DNA of 64,000 bases from Planctomycetota bacterium (GTDB taxonomy: Bacteria > Planctomycetota > PLA2 > JAEUHO01): assembly GCA_050248855.1 (NCBI GenBank), contig JBFWRP010000011.1, positions 32,001 through 96,000 of the forward strand. Direction: 5' to 3'. A program made the translations under genes and the position numbers. Position 1 is the stretch's first letter, and every line of letters starts with the position of its first letter. The notes under the pieces are model-generated. The model was given only the letters and a program-made list of their open reading frames with translations, was not told the origin of the DNA and searched no databases. This document shows, in pieces, positions 1-7,738 of the stretch.

Positions 1-512
1 CAGGCACCTCGCCCACGTTGCCGCTGCGCGGCGCCGCGGCGAGGGTCCTGACACATCCGGGTTCGCTGCGACCCCGCAGTTCGCCGGCCGGCGTACCGCG
101 ACCCCTGCGTGTCAGGCACCTCGCCCACGTTGCCGCTGCGCGGCGCCGCGGCGAGGGTCCTGACACATCCGGGTTCGCTGCGACACCGCAGTTCGCCGGC
201 CGGCGTACCGCGATCCCTGCGTGTCAGTTCTTCATGCCGACGGCAAAGCCCGTACGCGTCTCGATGCGCGCGGCACCCCCTCCCATGGAAGCGTGGCTGT
301 CCTGTCCGAGCCCGGAGTTCAGGCACCTTCCATTGCAGGCACCTCGCCCACGTTGCCGCTGCGCGGCGCCGCGGCGAGGGTCCTGACACATCCGGGCTCG
401 CTCCGACACCGCCGTTCGTCGTCCGTCGGACCGCAACCCCTGCGTGTCAGGCACCTCGCCCACGTTGCCGCTGCGCGGCGCCGCGGCGAGGGTCCTGACA
501 CATCCGGGGTCG
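1..512. repeat. Family A hairpin-repeat array (REP/BIME-like), ~112-bp period, truncated by the window start
   Basis: The core CAGGCACCTCGCCCACGTTGCCGCTGCGCGGCGCCGCGGCGAGGGTCCTGACACATCCGGG starts at 1, 113, 336 and 448. The unit at 221-335 is interrupted by a 111-bp insert. Each unit is self-complementary (GTGTCAGG/CCTGACAC, CCTCGCC/GGCGAGG). The array abuts the stop codon at 513. Confidence 0.95.
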
Positions 513-1607
513 CTACTTGTAGCGGATGCTGACTTCGGTGGCGGCGACGCCGTTGCCTTCGCGGCGGGCCCAGTCGAAGACCTCGGTGGCTTGGTCGTTG
601 CGCAGACGGACGCAGCCGTTGCTGCAGTGCGTGCCCACGGTCTCCGGCTTGATCGTGCCGTGGATGCCAAACCCGGCGCTGCGCGGCCACTGCGGGCTCT
701 GGATGGCCATCCAGACGGCACCCAGCTCGTTGCGGGGATCGTTCGGCGGAATGACCACCTTGCGGCCGTCGATGGTCGTGGTCCACGGCGGGTTGACCTG
801 CTTGTCCACGATCTGGAACGTCCCGACGGGCGTTGGCGACTCGTCACGGCCGACGCCGACGCGGAACTCCTTGACGAACCAGTCGCCGATCCAGATCGAG
901 AGGCGATGCACGTCCTGTAGCACCTCCAAGCGCAGAGGCTCCAGCGGCAGCAGCAGCTTCTGGCCAGCCTGCAGGCGTCGTGGATCGAGGTTGCCCCCCT
1001 GGTTCCAGTAGAGGATCGCGTTGACGCCGGCGGGCACGTGCTCGCGCCACACGATCTGCACGGGCACCAAGCCTGGCTCGACCTCGTAGGGCTTGGTCAC
1101 GCCCGGAAGCCCCGCGGGCCATGTCATGACTTCACGATTGGCGTCGGCAAGGACCTGGATCAGCCGGGTGCGCGCCTCGGTGTCGGCGCCGTTCGCCTGG
1201 AACATCTCGGGCAGGTTGATGCCGCGCGACAGCAGCCGACGAACGCGGTCCAGATGGGCGATGCGCTTGTCGGCACCCTCCCGCACCGATGGCGTGGCCT
1301 GGTACAGCTCGACGCCCTTCTTGTAGGCCGCACGCCGCGCCGTCAGCGTGTCGCCGTACTCGTGCAGGATCCGGCTCCAGAGCGCCGGATCCGAGGCTTG
1401 GGCCGGGTCGGACAGCGCGCTGACCAGCTGCACGGCCTCGGACTCGCGCTTCTGCTCCTCGGTCGTCAGCCCCAGGTCCTCGAGCTTGGCCGTCTGGTCG
1501 GCGGCCGGCGTGGTCGTCGCCGTGCTCTCGCCCCCTTCGCTGCTGCCGAAGAACGCGTAGACGCCGGCTGCCACCACGCCCAGCAACACGATCCAGCTCC
1601 AGCGCAT
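513..1607 (-). CDS. Membrane-anchored L,D-transpeptidase (YkuD family) with a LysM-like segment
   Basis: N-terminal TM helix WSWIVLLGVVAAGVYAFF; LysM-like YEVEPG...N...LDPRRLQAGQKLLLP; catalytic motif GIHGT...SNGCVRL; GAGGAG RBS upstream of ATG 1607. Confidence 0.85.
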   Translation of the reverse strand: MRWSWIVLLGVVAAGVYAFFGSSEGGESTATTTPAADQTAKLEDLGLTTEEQKRESEAVQLVSALSDPAQASDPALWSRILHEYGDTLTARRAAYKKGVELYQATPSVREGADKRIAHLDRVRRLLSRGINLPEMFQANGADTEARTRLIQVLADANREVMTWPAGLPGVTKPYEVEPGLVPVQIVWREHVPAGVNAILYWNQGGNLDPRRLQAGQKLLLPLEPLRLEVLQDVHRLSIWIGDWFVKEFRVGVGRDESPTPVGTFQIVDKQVNPPWTTTIDGRKVVIPPNDPRNELGAVWMAIQSPQWPRSAGFGIHGTIKPETVGTHCSNGCVRLRNDQATEVFDWARREGNGVAATEVSIRYK

Positions 1608-1827
1608 GCCCTGTCTCCTCGCCAACGGGGTCCCGGGGGCGGTTGCACCCCCACCGGTAGTAGCCGTCCGGCGTTCATCCTACGAGGGGTCGTGGACGTG
1701 GCAATGGGGCCGGCGAGCAGAAGGGCTACCGTCTCGTGCGACATGCCCGCAGGCCCACGCGCGGCGGGCCGGCAGCGCACCACCGCGTGGCGGTGGCGGG
1801 CGGGAGCGGGTGGTGGGAGGGGGCCAC

Positions 1828-1855
1828 TGGCGAGTGGCGAGTGGCGAGTGGCGAA
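1828..1855. repeat. Heptamer tandem repeat (TGGCGAG)x4
   Basis: tggcgag tggcgag tggcgag tggcgaa read directly. Confidence 0.85.
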
Positions 1856-1878
1856 AAGCCGGCGCCCGCGCCAAGAAT

Positions 1879-2049
1879 CGTCGGGGCGGGGGAGCGAACC
1901 AGGATCCAGCTGAGCCCCACTACTAGGTGGGCTCGCCGGTCGGAGGTCCAGCCGTGCCCGCGGCAAGCCGGGGCGGGCCTCGCCTTCCGATCCGGGGAAT
2001 CCTGATCTTCGTTCCAGGCTCAGGGACGCGGTTCGTCCCCGCCTCGACG
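1879..2049 (-). ncRNA. ssrS: Probable 6S RNA
   Basis: About 170 nt. The 5' arm CGTCGAGGCGGGGACGAACC pairs with the 3' arm GGTTCGCTCCCCCGCCCCGACG. Internal CCCTGAGCC/GGGGCTCAG and GCCCACCT motifs. It lies downstream of pheT, a common ssrS context, and is preceded by a TG-n-TAGACT -10 box. Not confirmed with a covariance model. Confidence 0.7.
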
Positions 2050-2055
2050 GGGCGC

Positions 2056-2064
2056 AGTCTAGCA
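2056..2064 (-). promoter_or_regulatory. Extended -10 box (TGC-TAGACT) for the putative 6S RNA
   Basis: The minus strand reads gtgcTAGACTgcgccc, 6 nt upstream of the predicted RNA 5' end. Confidence 0.5.
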
Positions 2065-2124
2065 CGCGGCGCGACCCGCAAGCGAGCGTGCGTGCGCAAC
2101 GCGCATCCGTTGACCGCGCGCGGG

Positions 2125-4557
2125 CTACGCGCCGCGAATCGTGTAACCCGCGGAAGAAAGTGCTTGCGTCACGCGCGCGCGCAGCTCGTCGGCCGCAGCA
2201 CCGTCGAGCGTGCGCTCGCGGTCGTACAGCTCCAAGCGGAACGCCAGGCTCTTGTGACCGGGCGCGATGCCCGCCCCGGCATACACGTCGAAACACGCGA
2301 CGCCGCGTACGTGCTCCGCCGACGCGCCCTCGATGAGTGCGCGCACGTCGTCAACCGCCACCTCGGCAGGAACCACGACGGCCACGTCGAACGGCACCAC
2401 GGGGAACTTGAGCGGTGGCGTGTACGAGGCGGGACCGTGCTGCGCGAGCGCCGTGCGCACGGCGTCGAGCGACAGCTCGAATCCGGCCACGCGGCCCGCG
2501 AAACCCTGCGCGGCCGACGCCCGCGGAGCGAGCTCGCCCAACGAGCCCAGCGGCACGCCGCGCGCGACGACCTCGGCGCGCCGCCCGGGATGCCACCATG
2601 CGGGTGCGGGGAGGCCTGCGGCCAGCGCCGCCGGCTCGCGCTGCAGCAGCCGGGCATCCGACAGGCCGGCGCGCGCCAGCACGGCCCGCAGGTCGTGCGC
2701 GAGGTGCAGCACGGCCGTTCCCGCCCCTGCGGTGTCGGCTTCGTCGTACGCGATGCCGGCCAGCACGCGCACTTCCTCGGGGAGCCCCGCCGCGCGCGCA
2801 GCGAACACGCGCGTGCTGTCGACGAAGGCTGCTGCAGGAGCCGTGTGCCGGTTGCGCGCCGCGATCGCCAGCAGGCGCGGCAGCGCGCTGGTCGCCATCC
2901 ACGTGGCGCGGTCCTCGGGCAAGCCGGCCAGCTTCAACGCATGGCCTCCGCGGAGCCCGAGCGGCGCGCCCTCTTCGTCCCCATGGAACGCGTACGTCTT
3001 GACCTCGTTCCAGCCCCGCTCCAGCGTGAACAAGGGCAGCAGTCGTCGCTCGAGGCGACGACGGGCATCGGGGCGTCGGACCTCGATGGTGCCGAGCGGC
3101 GCCAGGGGCTGCACGGCCTCGTAGCCCACGAGACGACCGACTTCCTCCACGAGGTCCTCGGGCAGGCGGATGTCTCCGCCGGCGCGCCACGAGGGCACGT
3201 GGATGTCGAGCTCGCTTCCACGGTCGCCCACGCCGAAGCCCAAGGCCGTCAGCCGCGAGCGGATGGTGGCGTCGGGCAGCCGCAGACCCAGCCGACGCTT
3301 CACGAGCGCCAGGGGCAGGCGGACCGTGCGCTGGACGGCGGGGCGCGTCCGGACGTCGCTCACGGCCCGGGCCAGGCGGGCGTCGGGCAGCACGGTGCGA
3401 GCAAGGGCGAGGAAGCGCGCTGCGGCGTCGAGCGTGCCCTCGGGGTCGAGGCCCTTCTCGAAGCGGCTGCTGGCCTCGGTGCGCCAGCCCAAGCGCGCGG
3501 CCGTCGCGCGGATCACGGCGGGCGCGAACCAAGCCGACTCGAGGAGCACGGCCGTGGTCGCGGGGCCCACACCCGAGGCGTCCCCCCCCATGAGGCCGGC
3601 CAGGGCCACGGGCCCCTCGCCGTCGGCGATCACGAGGTCGTCGGCCGTCAACGCCGGCGTCGACCCATCGAGCGCCGTGAACGCCTCGCCGGGCCCGGCC
3701 CGTCGCACCGCGAGCGCCCCTCCGCGCAGCGCGGCCAGGTCGAAGGCGTGCAGCGGCTGGCCCGTCTCGAGGAGGACCAGGTTGGTGAGGTCCACGAGGC
3801 GGTCGATGCTGCGCTGGCCGAGCACGGCCAGACGCCGGCGCCACGCGAGCGGCGAAGGGCCGTTCTCGAGGCCTTCGATCACCGCGCCCACGTAGCGTAC
3901 GCAGTCCGCCTCCGCCTCCACGCGCACGGGGAAGGGCTCGCCTGCCGCGACGAGCTGGGCCCGCGGTGCGAGCTTCAACGTGCGGCCGAAGAGCGCGGCC
4001 AGCTCGCGGGCGAACCCCTGGTGGCCCCAGAGGTCGGGGCGATGCGTGATGGCGATGTTGGAGAGCTCGAGGACCGTGTCCTGCGTGGGCACGATCTCCG
4101 CCAGGGGCTTGCCCGCGGGCGTGTCCGGCGGCAGCACGAGGATGCCGTCGTGATCGTCGCCGAGGCCCAGCTCGTCCTCGGCGCAGATCATGCCGCGGCT
4201 CTCGACGCCACGGATCTTGCGGGGGGTCAGTGTGACGGGTCCGGCCGCACCGCCCGGCAGGGTCGTACCGACGGGGGCATAGGCGACGATCTGGCCCTCG
4301 GCCACGTTGGGCGCGCCGCAGACGACCTCCGGCGTGGTCCCGTCGCCCGGGTCGACCGTGACAAGACGCAGCCGATCGGCGTCGGGGTGCGGACGCACGA
4401 CCAGCGTGCGGGCCGTGACGACGCCCGGAAGCGCCGCTCCCACGGGCACGACGTGCTCGATCTCGGCAGTGTGGAACGTGAGGCGCTCGGCGGCCTCGGT
4501 CGGCGTGATGCCGTCGAGGTCCACGAGCTCGCCCAGCCAGCTCCAGGAGAGCTTCAT
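2125..4557 (-). CDS. pheT: Phenylalanine--tRNA ligase beta subunit
   Basis: MKLSWSWL start, HPDADRL, VVCGAPNV, IRGVESRGMIC, RFEKG, C-terminal FDX-ACB domain (FDVYAG...KSLAFRL). ATGA overlap with the pheS stop. Confidence 0.97.
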   Translation of the reverse strand: MKLSWSWLGELVDLDGITPTEAAERLTFHTAEIEHVVPVGAALPGVVTARTLVVRPHPDADRLRLVTVDPGDGTTPEVVCGAPNVAEGQIVAYAPVGTTLPGGAAGPVTLTPRKIRGVESRGMICAEDELGLGDDHDGILVLPPDTPAGKPLAEIVPTQDTVLELSNIAITHRPDLWGHQGFARELAALFGRTLKLAPRAQLVAAGEPFPVRVEAEADCVRYVGAVIEGLENGPSPLAWRRRLAVLGQRSIDRLVDLTNLVLLETGQPLHAFDLAALRGGALAVRRAGPGEAFTALDGSTPALTADDLVIADGEGPVALAGLMGGDASGVGPATTAVLLESAWFAPAVIRATAARLGWRTEASSRFEKGLDPEGTLDAAARFLALARTVLPDARLARAVSDVRTRPAVQRTVRLPLALVKRRLGLRLPDATIRSRLTALGFGVGDRGSELDIHVPSWRAGGDIRLPEDLVEEVGRLVGYEAVQPLAPLGTIEVRRPDARRRLERRLLPLFTLERGWNEVKTYAFHGDEEGAPLGLRGGHALKLAGLPEDRATWMATSALPRLLAIAARNRHTAPAAAFVDSTRVFAARAAGLPEEVRVLAGIAYDEADTAGAGTAVLHLAHDLRAVLARAGLSDARLLQREPAALAAGLPAPAWWHPGRRAEVVARGVPLGSLGELAPRASAAQGFAGRVAGFELSLDAVRTALAQHGPASYTPPLKFPVVPFDVAVVVPAEVAVDDVRALIEGASAEHVRGVACFDVYAGAGIAPGHKSLAFRLELYDRERTLDGAAADELRARVTQALSSAGYTIRGA

Positions 4558-5570
4558 GCTTCCACCCCCGATCCGAACTGCCTGAGGAAGCGCAGGTCGC
4601 CGCCCATCAGGTGGCGGATGTCCTCGATGCCGTACTTGAGGAGCACGAGGCGGTCGATGCCCATGCCGAAGGCGAAGCCCGACCACGCCGCGGGGTCGAC
4701 GCCCCCCTGGCGCAGCACGTCCGGGTGGACGAGCCCGCAGCCCAGGAGCTCCATCCAGCGCCCGCGCCAGGTGACGTCCATCTCGAAGCCGGGTTCGACG
4801 AACGGGAAGTAGGCCGGCCGTAGACGCACGTCGACGTCGGACTCGAGGACCTCGGCGATGAGCCCGCGCAGCACGTGGACCATGTGGCCGACGTTGACCT
4901 CGCGGTCCACGAGCAGGCCTTCGATCTGGTGGAACGTGTGCTCGTGGGTCGCGTCGAGCTCCTCGTTGCGGAACACGCGGCCTACGGCGACGGCGCGGAT
5001 CGGCGGCCTGCGCTCGCGCATGGCGCGGATCTGCACCGGGCTCGTGTGCGTGCGCAACAGGTGCCCGTCCGTCAGCCAGAACGTGTCCTGCATGTCGCGC
5101 GCGGGATGGCCCGGCGGGATGTTGAGCGCCGTGAAGTTGTGCTGCTCGTCCTCGACCCACGGGCCGTCGAGCAGGTCGAAGCCCATCGCCAAGCACACGT
5201 CCTCGACGCGGCGGATCAGCTGTTGGACGGGGTGGATCGTGCCGCCCGTGCGGGGCCAGGGCGCCGCTCCCGGCGCCGGCTGGGTGAGGTCCAGGGCTTC
5301 GAGCGTCCCCAGCGCGGCCTCGCGCTCGGCCTCGAGCGCCGAACGGCGCCCTGCCAGGGCCGCCTCGACGGCCTTGCGGGCGGCGTTGGCGGCTTGGCCG
5401 ATGGCGGTGCGCTGGTCGCCCGGCAGCTTGCCGATGCCGCGCAGCACCTCGGCGAGAGCGCCTCTCTTGCCCGTGGTACGGGCCTCGACCGCTTCCAGGG
5501 CCCCGAGGTCCCGTGCCGCAGCAAGGGCCGCGAGCGCCTCCCGCTCGATGTCGCGGATCTGATCGAGCAT
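4554..5570 (-). CDS. pheS: Phenylalanine--tRNA ligase alpha subunit
   Basis: NFTALNIPPGHPARDMQDTF, LRTHTSPVQ, YFPFVEP, GFAFGMGIDRL. Confidence 0.98.
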   Translation of the reverse strand: MLDQIRDIEREALAALAAARDLGALEAVEARTTGKRGALAEVLRGIGKLPGDQRTAIGQAANAARKAVEAALAGRRSALEAEREAALGTLEALDLTQPAPGAAPWPRTGGTIHPVQQLIRRVEDVCLAMGFDLLDGPWVEDEQHNFTALNIPPGHPARDMQDTFWLTDGHLLRTHTSPVQIRAMRERRPPIRAVAVGRVFRNEELDATHEHTFHQIEGLLVDREVNVGHMVHVLRGLIAEVLESDVDVRLRPAYFPFVEPGFEMDVTWRGRWMELLGCGLVHPDVLRQGGVDPAAWSGFAFGMGIDRLVLLKYGIEDIRHLMGGDLRFLRQFGSGVEA

Positions 5571-5787
5571 CACGGACCCTCCCAGGCCGCCGCGCACGGA
5601 CCGGAGGCGTACGCCACCGCTGCGCAGGGCGTCAGGCTACCGACGCGCGGTCGGGGGGCGAACGCCCGATCCCGTGCAGCACGCGGGGCGGCGCGGCGCA
5701 CGGGCCGACCCACGGCGGCGCACGCCGAAGGGGGCGCGAGGCTCCGTCGCGCAAGACCCTGCGGCACGTCGCCCGAAGCGACGGCGA

Positions 5788-6144
5788 TCAGGCGATCTGG
5801 GCGCGGGCCGCGTCCACCACCTGGTCGAAGGCGGCGGCGTCGTGGATGGCCAGCTCGGCCAGCGACTTGCGGTTGAGCTCGATGCCCGCGGCCGAGAGGC
5901 CCGCGATCAGGCGGCTGTACGGGACACCGCGCGCACGGGAGGCCGCGTTGATGCGCAGGATCCAGAGGCGCCGGAACTCGCGCTTGCGCCGGCGCCGGTG
6001 CTGAAAGGCGTAGACCCACCCGCGGTGGACCGTCTCCTTCATCACCTTGTACTGCTTGCTGCGCGCGCCGAAGTAGCCCTTGGCCACCTTCATGAGGCGG
6101 CGCTTGCGGGCCAGACGCTTGGGGGTGCACGTAACGCGGGACAT
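5788..6144 (-). CDS. rplT: 50S ribosomal protein L20
   Basis: [10 protein letters not shown]...[19 protein letters not shown]...[10 protein letters not shown]. Confidence 0.98.
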   Translation of the reverse strand: MSRVTCTPKRLARKRRLMKVAKGYFGARSKQYKVMKETVHRGWVYAFQHRRRRKREFRRLWILRINAASRARGVPYSRLIAGLSAAGIELNRKSLAELAIHDAAAFDQVVDAARAQIA

Positions 6145-6224
6145 GGCGAGGTCCTCTCCTCGTCACCGGGCCTGGGGCCGCGGCGCGCCGACTGCCGATC
6201 CGTAGAGCCCTGCGGCTACCGGGT

Positions 6225-6422
6225 CTACTGACCCATGTAGCGGCGGATGCTCCGAGCCTGGGACCCCTCGACGAAGCTGGCCGCGCGATGGCGGCGCTTC
6301 CGCTTGGTGTCCTTCTTGCTCAGGATGTGGCTGTGGAACGCCGAGCCCAGCTTGCGGACCTTTCCGGACTTGGTCACCTTGAAGCGCTTCGCGATCGACT
6401 TGCGTGTCTTGATCTTCGGCAT
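6225..6422 (-). CDS. rpmI: 50S ribosomal protein L35
   Basis: MPKIKTRKSIAKRFKVTKSGKV...HILSKKDTKRKRR; 65 aa. Confidence 0.97.
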   Translation of the reverse strand: MPKIKTRKSIAKRFKVTKSGKVRKLGSAFHSHILSKKDTKRKRRHRAASFVEGSQARSIRRYMGQ

Positions 6423-6596
6423 GGCCAAGGCGTCCTGTCTCGGGAGGGTCCCGGAGGCCCGGTGGCCGATCCTGGGGACGGAAGCGGGCGAAGGTAGCGG
6501 CCCCCCCCGCCCCCGCCAAACAAAGCCGGGGGGGTGGAGGCCGCGCCGAGGCGGCGTGGCCGGGGCACCTCGCGGGTCGGGCGTTCCACGAACCCG

Positions 6597-6700
6597 ATAC
6601 GGAGCCAGGGACTCCTTCCGCAGCTCGCCGGAAGGCACCTGGGAAGCCGGTGGTCTCTCCCGGCGAGCAGCGGAAGGATTCCCAGGCCCCACCCCTGAGG
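6597..6700 (+). repeat. Family C hairpin element, copy 1
   Basis: ATAC-GGAGCC(6601)...GGCCCC(6690)-ACCCCTGAGG; long imperfect stem TCCTTCCGCAGCTCGCC/GGCGAGCAGCGGAAGGA; homologous to 18891-18993. Confidence 0.85.
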
Positions 6701-6739
6701 TGGGACGGCCGGACGTGCTTCGGGGTCGCCGTGGTTCGA

Positions 6740-6844
6740 GTACGGAGCCCGGTGAGCCCCCCGACATCTCGCTGGTGCGGTTCCCGCAGAGCGAACGTCC
6801 CTCGCGGCGAGATGTCGTGGGTTCACCCGGCTCCTCCCCCGGGG
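6740..6844 (+). repeat. Family C hairpin element, copy 2
   Basis: GTAC-GGAGCC(6744)...GGCTCC(6834)-TCCCCCGGGG; stem GGTGAGCCC..CGACATCTCGC/GCGAGATGTCG..GGGTTCACC. Confidence 0.8.
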
Positions 6845-7030
6845 AGCGCACGCCGCGAGTCCTCGCGGGCGCCAACGGGGCGCGCTCGACTCGCGGACGG
6901 CGCACGTCGGCGGCGCCGAGGGGGTGCGGAAGGTGCATGAGGAGGACGCCGCGTGGTCTGTCCACGCAAGGACGACGAAGGCGCCTGAGCGCCCCCCTCC
7001 GCGTCGCCGCCCGTCCGTACCCCAGGCCGC

Positions 7031-7570
7031 TTACTTGCGCCCAATGAGCATGGTCATGCGGCGGCCCTCCATACGGGGCGGCGCCTCGACCTTGCCCACG
7101 TCCTCCAGCCGCTTGGCCACCTCTTCGCAGTGCCGGGCGCCCAGCTCCTGGTGGGCCATCTCGCGGCCGCGGAAGAGGATCATGAGCTGTACCTTGTCGC
7201 CGCGCTCGAGGAACTCACGCGCCTTCTTGCAGCGGATGTCGAGCATGTGCGGGTCCGTCTTGGGACGCAGGCGCACGGTGCGGATCTGGGCTCGGTGCTG
7301 CTTGGCCTTCGACTCGCGAGCCTTCTTGCTCTGCTCGTACTTGTAGCGGCCGAAGTCCATGATCCGGCAGACGGGCGGTCGGCTGTTCGAGTTGACTTCG
7401 ACCAGGTCGAGGCCAGCCTCTTGGGCCATGCGCAGCGCGTCGTCTCGCGAGACGACGCCATGGTTGACGTTCTCGCTGTCGATCAGCCGGACCTGGCGGA
7501 TGGTGATGCGTTCGTTGATGCGCGGTCCAGACTCACGAGGCATGGACCGGTCAAAGCGGCTGGGACGGAT
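7031..7570 (-). CDS. infC: Translation initiation factor IF-3 (probable ATC start at 7570; the ORF track uses ATG 7543)
   Basis: RINERI..VRLID, LDLVEV, PPVCRIMDFGRYKYEQ, FRGRE. An AGGAG at 7583-7579 lies 8 nt upstream of an in-frame ATC. Confidence 0.95.
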   Translation of the reverse strand: MRPSRFDRSMPRESGPRINERITIRQVRLIDSENVNHGVVSRDDALRMAQEAGLDLVEVNSNSRPPVCRIMDFGRYKYEQSKKARESKAKQHRAQIRTVRLRPKTDPHMLDIRCKKAREFLERGDKVQLMILFRGREMAHQELGARHCEEVAKRLEDVGKVEAPPRMEGRRMTMLIGRK

Positions 7571-7738
7571 GGGGATGTCTCCTGGATAGGGTTCGGGCCG
7601 CCGGACCGTACGGGCCCGGGGCGAGCGATGATCTTGCCACGAATCACCGTCGGGGGCCGACGGATCGCCCCGTGAAAGGGGTGCCAGGGGGCAAGTCCCG
7701 CGTCCGCGGCCACGCCAGCCGCGGACGCGGGGAGGGCC

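Noticed and set aside
1..512. CRISPR array interpretation of family A (also 40466-41046)
   Set aside because: The repeats are about 80 bp, the spacers resemble each other instead of being unique, spacing at the second locus is irregular, and there are no cas genes in the window.
18..532. ORFs with repeated peptides such as VRHLAHVAAARRRGEGPDTSG (also 40084-42310)
   Set aside because: They are translations of the DNA hairpin repeats and are open in several frames, with no RBS or codon-bias support.
5571..5787. pheM-type attenuator or T-box before pheS
   Set aside because: No Phe-rich leader peptide and no T-box consensus visible.
6597..6844. Integron attC sites or the L20 leader as an explanation for family C
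   Set aside because: No RYYYAAC/GTTRRRY boxes, cassettes or integrase. The same element occurs far from rplT, so it is not an L20-specific leader.
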